Shown here: positions 9,671 through 17,476 of the stretch, in pieces
How positions within the stretch are numbered: the first letter of the stretch is position 1
Layout of the letters: the number at the start of each line of letters is the position of its first letter
DNA from: a virus
Virus genome (UHGV): UHGV-0200773
Length of the DNA: 42,277 nt
Strand: one strand, 5' to 3'
Position numbers and translations under genes: made by a program
The notes under the pieces: generated by a model
The model's database searches: none
What the model was told of the DNA's origin: nothing
What the model saw: the letters and a program-made list of their open reading frames with translations, nothing else

Positions 9671-9872
9671 CTTCTACCTCCGGTTTGATCCCACACGATG
9701 CCGTATACCCTATCCCGGCAAGCATCTTCCTCAGCTTCTCCATGGCCTTCGGCTTGAGTGCGTCCTGCAAAGGCATATAAGCTACTACCACGCCGTTAGA
9801 CACCTCTGCCTTTAATCCCTGATTTCTCAGATAAGCCGCTGCGTCTTCCTTACTTACTTCGCTCCCGATCAT
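9654..9872 (-). CDS. Hypothetical protein
   Basis: Translationally coupled to neighbouring genes. Confidence 0.6.
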   Translation of the reverse strand: MIGSEVSKEDAAAYLRNQGLKAEVSNGVVVAYMPLQDALKPKAMEKLRKMLAGIGYTASCGIKPEVEDDHTD

Positions 9873-10303
9873 TCCGCTTTCTCCTTGCTGATCTGCTCAA
9901 TCTTGCGCTGTATGTACCAGATTGCTTTCTGCAAGTCCTCGACATATTTACTCTGATCTTTCTTTCCTGCCCGGCTGATGTACTTGACCGCATTTCCAAG
10001 GCAAAAACCCAATTTTTTATCTTCGATGTAGTCGATCACCTCGATCTTCCCATCTGTGTAGTGGGATGGGTGATTAACCGGATCGTTTTTGTTCTCTTCC
10101 TTTTCAGGATCTGCTTCGGAGTAGAGCCAGAAAAGGAATTCCTGAGCACAGCTATGACAGCCTTCATGGTATTTACTTAAATCACACGCACCACAACTTA
10201 AGCCTTCACAGTTAACCAGCTTTCCATTTACAATCGCAGGATGACCACTTCCCTCCTCTATGGTTAATATCTCTTCAAGACTATGCTTTTCAAAATGCTT
10301 CAT
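9869..10303 (-). CDS. DUF3310 (SaV-like) domain protein with N-terminal Cys cluster
   Basis: DPVNHPSHY..IEVID..FCLGNAVKYISRAGKK..EDLQKAIWY. Confidence 0.9.
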   Translation of the reverse strand: MKHFEKHSLEEILTIEEGSGHPAIVNGKLVNCEGLSCGACDLSKYHEGCHSCAQEFLFWLYSEADPEKEENKNDPVNHPSHYTDGKIEVIDYIEDKKLGFCLGNAVKYISRAGKKDQSKYVEDLQKAIWYIQRKIEQISKEKAE

Positions 10304-10512
10304 TTTCTCTCCTTCCAGTTGTTGCAGCCTTTGCTCTCCTTCTCCTTCTGACAGGAGTACACTTCACACCTCACATGCGTCCCTCGGGGCCGTGCGCCCG
10401 GCATGTGGTAATCCGCATACTCGCAGGTTCCGCAGCTCTTTTCTCCGCTCACATCGTCCCCTTTCTGTACGGGCCGTACACCATCTTCGTTCTCTTTCCG
10501 CACTTCGGGCAC
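10300..10512 (-). CDS. Small Cys-rich protein (true start probably internal, near 10452)
   Basis: CGTCEY..C..C..CNNW. Confidence 0.5.
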   Translation of the reverse strand: MPEVRKENEDGVRPVQKGDDVSGEKSCGTCEYADYHMPGARPRGTHVRCEVYSCQKEKESKGCNNWKERK

Positions 10513-10610
10513 TGGTAGTACCTCGATACCGTGCCCTCACTGTATGACACTGCATGGCACTCCCATCTGTGTGCACAAAGTAACTGCTTGATCATCCTTT
10601 TGATCTTCAT
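10449..10610 (-). CDS. Small zinc-finger protein (DUF1660-like)
   Basis: MKIKRMIKQLLCAHRW..YQCPKCGK; GGAGG RBS. Confidence 0.6.
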   Translation of the reverse strand: MKIKRMIKQLLCAHRWECHAVSYSEGTVSRYYQCPKCGKRTKMVYGPYRKGTM

Positions 10611-10618
10611 CTCGCCTC

Positions 10619-10897
10619 CTACAGGTAATTTTTCTGGAACACTTTCATCCACTCCTTGTGTCCCCACTTCCGCTCAAATTCTGCTTGCGCCAGCTTCTTG
10701 AGCTCCAGATCGAGCTCTCCGCCCGGCTCACAGTGGACTCTATGGTGGCAACGTGGACACAGATAGACTTTCAGTCCGTAGTGCTCTGCGTTCCTCCGGT
10801 TCGCCGTGCCGTGCATCATGTGATGCTCCTGCATGGATCCATACCGGCCGCAGATGTAGCACCGATCTTTTCTGTTCCCGTTAATGATGCTCTGCAT
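10619..10897 (-). CDS. HNH-like zinc-binding endonuclease (recombination-associated)
   Basis: CYICG..EHH..HG..YLCPRCHHRVH. Confidence 0.75.
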   Translation of the reverse strand: MQSIINGNRKDRCYICGRYGSMQEHHMMHGTANRRNAEHYGLKVYLCPRCHHRVHCEPGGELDLELKKLAQAEFERKWGHKEWMKVFQKNYL

Positions 10898-11183
10898 GAT
10901 ATCGCTTAATCGCCATCCGGACCGCATCTCCGGTCACGCCCAGCGCCTCCCCTGTTTTGTCCCACGTGAGCCCGATCTCCCGGAGCTTGATCCCTCTTTC
11001 GATCTGCTCTGTGCCGAGCTTGCAGTGCGCAGCTCCTCCTCGTGCCCGTGACTTCTGCAGCTGCTTCTCCTGCCGCTTTGCGCTCTTCACGATCCCCGCA
11101 GGAAGTGCAGGGATGTACCGGTACTCCTTCGTCGGAGGGAGCAGCGTGCAGGGCAGATTGATACTTTTCACCGTCGCTGTCAT
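10881..11183 (-). CDS. Small protein with C-terminal HTH
   Basis: LREIGLTWDKTGEALGVTGDAVR. Confidence 0.6.
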   Translation of the reverse strand: MTATVKSINLPCTLLPPTKEYRYIPALPAGIVKSAKRQEKQLQKSRARGGAAHCKLGTEQIERGIKLREIGLTWDKTGEALGVTGDAVRMAIKRYHAEHH

Positions 11184-11192
11184 TTTTTCTCC

Positions 11193-11921
11193 TTAGTTCG
11201 CCAAAATATTGGCTTCAAACTCCGTCATGTCTCCGTACACAGCTTTCTCTTCCGGGCTCCATCCCTTCTTCGCCGTAGTGCCGGACCGTGCCATTTCGAG
11301 ACGATCCCAGGTGATGCCCTTGTACCCGGAAGCCATGCACTCGGTGATGAGCTGTGCTACCTTCTCGGCGCCATGCTCCTTAGCCTTTGCCTTGGCAATT
11401 GACACGAGGCTCTTTAAGCCCGTCTCTGTGATAGGACTCCCCTGCTCTCGTCTGGATGTAATCCACTCAGAGAGCTTATCCGCTACCTCCCTGACTACGC
11501 CGAGGGTCTGCAGTGCGTCGGATGTAGCTTCCTCGACCGTAAAGGGGGTAGGGGGATTCTCTTTTACATTTGCATTTGCATTAACATTTACATTAGCTAG
11601 GCTTTGCTTCGCATCTTCTGTAGCGTCGCTAGGGTTTGCTACAATTTGCTTCGCACTTTTTGTAGCGTCGCTAGACTTTGCTACAGATTTGCTTGCTTTT
11701 GCTGTACCGCCGCTGCGCCCTGCTTCTCTTCTCTGGATGTTCGCATCGATCTGCGGCTTCACCAGAGTCAGGAAGACCTTCGCCATCGGAGTCTCTGCTT
11801 CTTCCTCTCCGTCAAATGCATATCTGCACAGCGAAGCAATGCACGCTTTGCATTCTTCCGGATCCATATCCAGCAGTGCATCCGCGAAACTCTTGTAAAA
11901 TACGAAGCTCTGATTAGCCAT
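11193..11921 (-). CDS. Replication initiator (DUF6291-like N-terminus)
   Basis: SFVFYKSF..KPQIDAN..GRSGG, NVNVNANANV linker, internal repeats. Confidence 0.8.
   Translation of the reverse strand: MANQSFVFYKSFADALLDMDPEECKACIASLCRYAFDGEEEAETPMAKVFLTLVKPQIDANIQRREAGRSGGTAKASKSVAKSSDATKSAKQIVANPSDATEDAKQSLANVNVNANANVKENPPTPFTVEEATSDALQTLGVVREVADKLSEWITSRREQGSPITETGLKSLVSIAKAKAKEHGAEKVAQLITECMASGYKGITWDRLEMARSGTTAKKGWSPEEKAVYGDMTEFEANILAN
11560..11702. repeat. Putative replication origin: 42-bp tandem iterons plus AT-rich hexamer repeats
   Basis: TTTGCTTCGCA..TGTAGCGTCGCTAG..TTTGCTACA starts at 11603 and 11645; ACATTT/GCATTT repeats at 11565-11594. Confidence 0.65.
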
Positions 11922-12216
11922 TGATCGCAAACTCCTTGTACTTCTCCTCGTTCAGTGCTCTTGCGGCTTCCACGTCCGGATCCCCTCGAAGCTCCGGATG
12001 CTCCGCCTGCACTTTCTTCCTCGCTCTTCTGACCGACTCCATGTTGGGGGCTCCGATCTCCTTTGCCCTGCGGAAGAACTCCGCTGCGGACATGTCAGAC
12101 GGAACGCCCAGTGCTTCGATCACGCATGAGTAGAGGACGTTATCGCTGTTTCTCGTGTAGGGCTTCTCACGCAGCACCGCCTCCACGTACTTCTTTACTT
12201 CTTTCAGTTTTTCCAT
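11914..12216 (-). CDS. Hypothetical phage protein
   Basis: TRNSDN..ESVRRARKKVQAEHPEL; coupled to neighbours. Confidence 0.7.
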   Translation of the reverse strand: MEKLKEVKKYVEAVLREKPYTRNSDNVLYSCVIEALGVPSDMSAAEFFRRAKEIGAPNMESVRRARKKVQAEHPELRGDPDVEAARALNEEKYKEFAING

Positions 12217-12772
12217 AAACCGCCTCTTTATAGACTGCTGTCATCCTTGCTATCTCATCTGGAGTCCTCGGATCGATTCCGCACTCTTCTGCCTCATGGA
12301 TTGCTCCATCGATGAGCTGCGCCATCTCTTCCGTGTTGTAGGTGTGGCTCCCTCTCACGACCCAGTAGATCGCAAGAGGGGTACCATCCTGCAGATGGAC
12401 CACACGTCCGGACGGCTGGTAGTGCTCGCTTTCGCACCTTGTCCAGTCAAAGGACATTGGTTTCACCGACCAGTCGAGGACTCCATCTGTGTATCTGTTC
12501 TGTCCATATTCCTTGAGGAGCCAGTTGTGCTCCTCCGTCTTGCTGACCTTCTTCGCTGCGGCGATCTGGCTGCAGAGCTTCCAGTAGTAGGCGTTGGCCT
12601 CCTGTGACCTGTCTTTCCGGAAAGGCTTCAGCACCACCTTCAGGATCTTCTCTTTCATCGTCTCCACGTTTGCCGGGGACTCCTCAAGCTCCAGCGTGAC
12701 CAGCGTCTTACGACTTGGGAACTCCTGCTGAATGCTCCTGATTTTTCCCTTCATTTGAAGTTCCATTTTCAA
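12167..12772 (-). CDS. NinB/Orf-like recombination protein
   Basis: RSQEANAYYW..GSHTYNTEEMAQLIDG..GI. Confidence 0.7.
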   Translation of the reverse strand: MKMELQMKGKIRSIQQEFPSRKTLVTLELEESPANVETMKEKILKVVLKPFRKDRSQEANAYYWKLCSQIAAAKKVSKTEEHNWLLKEYGQNRYTDGVLDWSVKPMSFDWTRCESEHYQPSGRVVHLQDGTPLAIYWVVRGSHTYNTEEMAQLIDGAIHEAEECGIDPRTPDEIARMTAVYKEAVYGKTERSKEVRGGGAA

Positions 12773-13454
12773 GTTTTCCCTTCATCTGCGCCATGAAGTC
12801 TGCGTAGGTCTTCTTTGTAACCTTCGGCCACATCCGGAAGGCTGAAATGCTCTTTATGTCTCTTCCGCTGCAATGCTTGCTCCACATCGCCTCGATAATC
12901 GAAAGCTCAAGCTCGTTGCAGTACGCTGCATCCATGTCCCACCGGAATACTTCTTTGTTGTTCTTGGACTCGTTTACTACTACGACGTGCGTGATCGTTC
13001 CGTCCACCACCTCAAGCTCAGTCACCCGGAAGTGGTCGTAGCACTTGCCTTCATTTGTGACCTTCACCTTGTCTTCGCCCCAGACCGTGGTATTAGGTGC
13101 CGTGTAGAGCTCCCTTCCGATGCCCCAATTGAAGCAGGCACGTTTGAAGCTGTCAGATGCCAGTCCCTTCTCTCGCTCCGTGTTGGACTCCGTTCCGGTA
13201 TCCTCCTTGGAGATCCATTGCTTCTTCTTATCATCCCAGATCATCACGCTGCAATTTGCGTTGTCCCTTCCGTGCATCCGCTGCCAGTTCATGGGGCCCA
13301 CTGTCTCATCGAGGATGTTCTGGTCAACTCTTGCGTCCTTGTAGAAAAGGAGTGACACGCCGGTGCTCACTTTTCCGTTCTTCTCAGACCTGAGTATTCT
13401 TGCCACCCGGACATCGATTTCATCCGGTCTCAAATAACGAAACATTCTTCCCAT
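12708..13454 (-). CDS. Rad52/Sak-like single-strand annealing protein
   Basis: YKDARVDQNILDETVGPMNWQ..KEDTG..SDSFKRACFNWGIGRELY. Confidence 0.88.
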   Translation of the reverse strand: MGRMFRYLRPDEIDVRVARILRSEKNGKVSTGVSLLFYKDARVDQNILDETVGPMNWQRMHGRDNANCSVMIWDDKKKQWISKEDTGTESNTEREKGLASDSFKRACFNWGIGRELYTAPNTTVWGEDKVKVTNEGKCYDHFRVTELEVVDGTITHVVVVNESKNNKEVFRWDMDAAYCNELELSIIEAMWSKHCSGRDIKSISAFRMWPKVTKKTYADFMAQMKGKLENGTSNEGKNQEHSAGVPKS

Positions 13455-13466
13455 AGTCTTGCCTCC

Positions 13467-13952
13467 TTACTGGATCCGCAGTGATTCCGTCTGCTCCAGA
13501 TGTGCAAATGCGAGTTTCTTCCCTTCTTTCAGTGCTGCCGAAATACTCTTTCGGTCTACCTTCGGATCCTGCTGAATCAGATACCTCTTCGGGATATTGT
13601 CGCTGTCGATTACGACCGAAGGGGCGTTCTTCTGGATCCGGAAGCTGAAGAGCTGCGTCTTGAATTTAACCTTGCCGGTCATGGTCATGGCGTTCTGCAG
13701 AGACTTCTTCATCCGGTCCGTGTTGGTCTCGATTGCTTTCTTCCGGGCTGTGAGCCGCTCAATCTCTGCGCTGATGCCTTCCGCATCCGCTGAGAGCTGC
13801 CGGATCACCTTCGCGTATCCGTCCGCCTTGACCTCGATCTCTCCACCGATGGCCTCCATCGTGTCCTTCAGGACTTCCGGTTCTACGTCCGGATCCTCTG
13901 CCATCTCCAAAAGCTGCAGATACTCATCAGTGAGCTGATATAAGCTTTCCAT
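13467..13952 (-). CDS. Siphovirus Gp157 family protein
   Basis: MESLYQLT..EIERLTARKK..KFKTQLFSFRIQKN..ESLRI; start re-called at 13952. Confidence 0.88.
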   Translation of the reverse strand: MESLYQLTDEYLQLLEMAEDPDVEPEVLKDTMEAIGGEIEVKADGYAKVIRQLSADAEGISAEIERLTARKKAIETNTDRMKKSLQNAMTMTGKVKFKTQLFSFRIQKNAPSVVIDSDNIPKRYLIQQDPKVDRKSISAALKEGKKLAFAHLEQTESLRIQ

Positions 13953-14103
13953 TTTCTTCCTCCTCTTTCTCTGCGTTTGCCATGCAGTCACCGCAGAGGT
14001 ATACATATTCACTTTTGATCCTTGTGTGTGCCCCGTGCGGGACAGGGATCTTGATATCGCCTTGCGTGACTCCGATTGGAGCCCCGCAGATGAAGCACCT
14101 CAC
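13927..14103 (-). CDS. 58-aa zinc-finger protein missed by ORF track
   Basis: GTG start overlaps upstream TGA; MRCFICG...YLCGDCMANAEKEEEENGKLISAH. Confidence 0.65.
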   Translation of the reverse strand: MRCFICGAPIGVTQGDIKIPVPHGAHTRIKSEYVYLCGDCMANAEKEEEENGKLISAH

Positions 14104-14294
14104 GGCGCCACCCGGAAGGAGAGGTACTCTCCTCCGTCCTTCTTTACCGTGACGGTCATCCCGCCAAGGTCTGAGTAATCTGCCTTGATATAGGAGCCAT
14201 TCGCCGACTGCATTATGTACTTCAGATCATCCATGAGCCGCCCGACAAACTCGTCCATCAGATCCTTCGGAATTGCATCTACTATTCTTTCCAT
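14100..14294 (-). CDS. Hypothetical protein
   Basis: AAGGAG RBS. Confidence 0.6.
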   Translation of the reverse strand: MERIVDAIPKDLMDEFVGRLMDDLKYIMQSANGSYIKADYSDLGGMTVTVKKDGGEYLSFRVAP

Positions 14295-14358
14295 GCTATA
14301 ATCTCCTTGCTAAAGCTGTTTTTTGGCTGTCCGCATGCCCGTGCGGATGGCCTTTTTT
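14273..14358 (+). ncRNA. Candidate ~50-nt antisense RNA unit in the early operon
   Basis: TTGCAT-18-TATAAT (TG-extended) followed by hairpin 14325-14352 and T6. Confidence 0.5.
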
Positions 14359-14578
14359 ATGCAACATCTTCGCCGCAGTAGCGCCTGCGGTACTTCCGCT
14401 TCCTCTTCTCTTCTGCTCTCTCACGTCTTTCCTTCTCCTCCATGCAGATCGCTCCGGAGAAGCAGAGGATTGCGAGCATCAGAAGTGTTACCCCGATGCA
14501 GTGCGCTCCGAAGATCGCCTCTGCAATCACTGCATATGCTGCGCAAGTCACTCCTGCCGGTCCAAATATCTTTCCCAT
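14357..14578 (-). CDS. Small membrane protein
   Basis: Two hydrophobic stretches and a basic tail. Confidence 0.6.
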   Translation of the reverse strand: MGKIFGPAGVTCAAYAVIAEAIFGAHCIGVTLLMLAILCFSGAICMEEKERRERAEEKRKRKYRRRYCGEDVA

Positions 14579-14797
14579 TTACTTGCCCTCAAAGAAAAGC
14601 TTCATGTCATCTGCTTCGAAGTGGATCACCCTGTTCAGGGCAATCAGTTCATCCCGTGTCCATGTCCCGTCCCGCATCCGCTTTCTGTAGGTAGATGCGG
14701 GGATCTTCGTCTTTCGGACGAGATCTCCGGTTCCAAGCCCCGCAAGAGCTGTCCGGGCCCGGATCGCGTCCGCAAAGGTTGCAGTGTGCTTATTCAT
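14579..14797 (-). CDS. HTH DNA-binding protein
   Basis: LVRKTKIPASTYRKRM..WTRDEL. Confidence 0.65.
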   Translation of the reverse strand: MNKHTATFADAIRARTALAGLGTGDLVRKTKIPASTYRKRMRDGTWTRDELIALNRVIHFEADDMKLFFEGK

Positions 14798-15260
14798 ACT
14801 TCTTCCTCAACCATTCGCAATACTCAAATCCCAGCCCTGCGTTTGAAATCAGAGAAATAAGTGCCTCGTGTTTCGCGCTTCTTCTCATTTCCGCTGTACG
14901 GCTATTCTCTACGTCTGTTCCCAGAAACGATTCTCTACTGTCAGCGGCGTGATTGAACAGGAGATTTTTCAGATCTTCGAACTTCGCATCCTTCTCTGTG
15001 TTCTTCTCCTCCTGCGGCTCTTCGGCTGCCTTGTCTTCCTTCTCATCCTGCGGCTCTTCGGGGAAAAGCTTGCTCACAGCCTCGTCCAATTTCATGGCCG
15101 CAAATGCGTCAGCAAGCTCCTTGTTACGCGTGCCGGTTGCCACATCGATCGCCACTATGGCGATTGCGACGGCTTCATTGGCAAAGTCGAAGGCGGAGAT
15201 CACCCCTCTTTTCTCTTTAAGCTCTTTCTCCATCGTGTCAAAATCTTTAAACTCTCTCAT
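14790..15260 (-). CDS. Hypothetical early protein (paralogue B)
   Basis: AAGGAGG RBS; FPEE + acidic linker + LLF..SLI..A.L..Y..W. Confidence 0.7.
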   Translation of the reverse strand: MREFKDFDTMEKELKEKRGVISAFDFANEAVAIAIVAIDVATGTRNKELADAFAAMKLDEAVSKLFPEEPQDEKEDKAAEEPQEEKNTEKDAKFEDLKNLLFNHAADSRESFLGTDVENSRTAEMRRSAKHEALISLISNAGLGFEYCEWLRKKYE

Positions 15261-15727
15261 TTCTGTTCCTCCTTTTTTATGTACGGTTCCCGGTCTACCG
15301 GGAGAGTTAAAATCCGGATCTTACTCATATCCGTTTTCCGCCTTCCAGAAGTTGTATTTTTTTGCAGATCCGCATCTATAATCAGACTGTGCAGATTGGT
15401 ATACCGACTGAGCGATACAGCAGAATGGGTTGTGTGGTACTGCACATCTCGCAGATGTGTCCGCTCAAAGAGCAGCTCCTCCAGCGCACTCAGCGCTGGC
15501 TTTTCTGCAGGCTTCTCAGCATCCGGCTCCTCTTTCTTTTCCTCTTCTTCCGGGAAGAATTCATCAAGGACCTTTAACATCTCCATTGACGCATTAAGTA
15601 TTCCTGCGGTCTCGTTTTCCGGCTCCGAAGCAGCGTTTGCGATTCTGCTGCAGACCTTGATGAGGTCCGCTTTGGAAATCTCTGCCTTCTGCTTGCTGAC
15701 CTTCTCCTTCCACTCCTCGTAATCCAT
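15257..15727 (-). CDS. Hypothetical early protein (paralogue A); alternative stop at 15321 via -1 shift
   Basis: GGAGG RBS; same architecture as paralogue B; A7 run at 15357-15363. Confidence 0.7.
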   Translation of the reverse strand: MDYEEWKEKVSKQKAEISKADLIKVCSRIANAASEPENETAGILNASMEMLKVLDEFFPEEEEKKEEPDAEKPAEKPALSALEELLFERTHLRDVQYHTTHSAVSLSRYTNLHSLIIDADLQKNTTSGRRKTDMSKIRILTLPVDREPYIKKEEQK

Positions 15728-15759
15728 TTCTGTCCCTCCTTATTCTTTGTCTTTCCTTT

Positions 15760-15778
15760 AGTTCCCATTTTGGGTACT
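15760..15778. promoter_or_regulatory. Operator copy downstream of cro
   Basis: AGTTCCC-N5-GGGTACT matches the operator at 16008. Confidence 0.65.
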
Positions 15779-15984
15779 TATTGAACAAAAAAAATCTTGT
15801 CCCTTTCGGCTCTTGTAAGGCGAAGTGCTTTTGTAAGTCCCATAATTTCTGTGTCGCAAAAATGTCCACGGCCTTTTAAACGATTGCAGAGCGTAGGCCG
15901 TTCCATACCGGATTTTCTTGCAATCGCAGCCTTTGTCATCCCGCTTTCTGCAATCTTCCTATTAAGCAACTGTAAGTTTGCCAT
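15778..15984 (-). CDS. Cro-like HTH regulator
   Basis: 68 aa XRE HTH, divergent from CI. Confidence 0.85.
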   Translation of the reverse strand: MANLQLLNRKIAESGMTKAAIARKSGMERPTLCNRLKGRGHFCDTEIMGLTKALRLTRAERDKIFFVQ

Positions 15985-16007
15985 GTCTTCTCCTTTCCTT
16001 CTTTTTA

Positions 16008-16107
16008 AGTTCCCTGTTTGGGAACTGACTATGTTTTATCATAAGTTCCCAAAAGCGTCAACTATTTTTTAAAAAGTGTTCCCAAAATTTATATTTGGTG
16101 ATATGCT
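16008..16107. promoter_or_regulatory. Genetic switch: operators and divergent promoters
   Basis: AGTTCCC-N5-GGGAACT at 16008-16026; half-sites near 16044 and 16078; leftward TTGACG-17-TAAAAC; rightward TTCCCA-17-TATGCT. Confidence 0.7.
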
Positions 16108-16136
16108 GACATTATAAAGGAAATGGAGATTCAATT

Positions 16137-16463
16137 ATGGAAGAAACTATTTATCAAAGAATTAAAAAGCGGCGTATGGAACTGGACATGTCGCAAGAAG
16201 AATTGGCAAAAAAAGTCGGTTATAGCCACAAAACCGCGATCTGCAAAATAGAAGCTGGACAGCGAAAACTGAAAGAAGACGTTATTTCGAAACTCGCAAA
16301 AGCTCTCGACACCACCCCATCCTATCTAATGGGCTGGGATAAGGAAGATGACGATGCAACGATAAGCGACAGGCTGCTGACAAGGTACAGGGAGCTCGAC
16401 GATCTGGATCAGGCAATGGTCCGGAGGATTTTGAAGTGTGATGAAGATTTCAATAAAGTATAG
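16137..16463 (+). CDS. CI-like XRE repressor
   Basis: RIKKRRMELDMSQEELAKKVGY..ICKIEAG..TTPSYLMGW. Confidence 0.92.
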   Translation: MEETIYQRIKKRRMELDMSQEELAKKVGYSHKTAICKIEAGQRKLKEDVISKLAKALDTTPSYLMGWDKEDDDATISDRLLTRYRELDDLDQAMVRRILKCDEDFNKV

Positions 16464-16472
16464 GAGGGGGAT

Positions 16473-17294
16473 ATGCTGAAAGGTTTCATATTATGTTTGA
16501 TTGCTACCTTTACTGGTTGGCTATCTTATCGAGACGAGCAGTACCTCAGATATACCAGATGGCTGTACCGGAGAAAAGAGCCTGCCACGAAAGAAAACTC
16601 GTTCGTATATAAAAAACGACGTTTTGATAAAGAGGCATTTATCAACGGAGAATCCGCCTATATCAGGTCTCTGAAGGAAGAAGATCAAACTGCCGAGTAT
16701 GAAAAATTAAAGAGAAATAAAAAATTAAAAAGCAAGTACCCGGAATACTATTTTTCTTTAATGAGCGCTTATAAAAAGGTGCTCAGCGAAAAAGAATCTG
16801 TAGAAGATGATTTTCCCCATGTAAGCGAACAAATTATGGGGTCAAGAGACGATTTCATGCTCTGTAATACAATGCCACAGGGCGATGACTATCCGGACGG
16901 TTTCGAGGATGTCGATCTGTCCGAGGACGAGATAAAAGATACTCCGGCAAAGAAAGATAAGAATCGATCATTGGCGATTCCGCTTCTCATCTTCTTCGTT
17001 GTGATATTGTCCATCACGGCAATTCTTCTCCCGATCGGAACATATGCCATCGGATCAGAATCCGGATATACGAAAGGCTATACAACCGGGCACAATGACG
17101 GAGAGAAAAAAGGAAAGGAAGAGGGATATAACGAAGGGTATTCTGACGGTCAGGATGATGTAGATATCACTGAGTACTATCAGGATGGATACGATGATGG
17201 ATATCAGCAAGGATATTCTAATGCTTATGATGTCGGATGGTATGATGCGATAGATGGGTATGGATATTTAGGAAACTATGGGGACAGCTATTGA
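16473..17294 (+). CDS. Lysogeny-module membrane protein with GY/GxxxG repeats
   Basis: N-terminal and internal hydrophobic segments; C-terminal GYxxG repeats. Confidence 0.75.
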   Translation: MLKGFILCLIATFTGWLSYRDEQYLRYTRWLYRRKEPATKENSFVYKKRRFDKEAFINGESAYIRSLKEEDQTAEYEKLKRNKKLKSKYPEYYFSLMSAYKKVLSEKESVEDDFPHVSEQIMGSRDDFMLCNTMPQGDDYPDGFEDVDLSEDEIKDTPAKKDKNRSLAIPLLIFFVVILSITAILLPIGTYAIGSESGYTKGYTTGHNDGEKKGKEEGYNEGYSDGQDDVDITEYYQDGYDDGYQQGYSNAYDVGWYDAIDGYGYLGNYGDSY

Positions 17295-17324
17295 AAAGCA
17301 AATAACCGGCAAATGACAGGCAAA

Positions 17325-17437
17325 TAAAAAACCGCCCAGTGTTGGCGCACCGGGCGGATCCGCTCCGAAGAGCAGTATTTTTTTGATCCTATGGGAAGAA
17401 TCATACATATACTATCATCTCCGGAGCGCCAATTCAA
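17325..17437 (-). ncRNA. Candidate ~78-nt antisense RNA in the integrase leader
   Basis: TTGAAT-17-TAGTAT (TG-extended) at 17437-17409; terminator CCGCCCGGTG-CGCCAA-CACTGGGCGG-T6. Confidence 0.55.
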
Positions 17438-17476
17438 ACGGCGCTATTTTTGCGCCCATTTTCAGGAGGTGTATGA

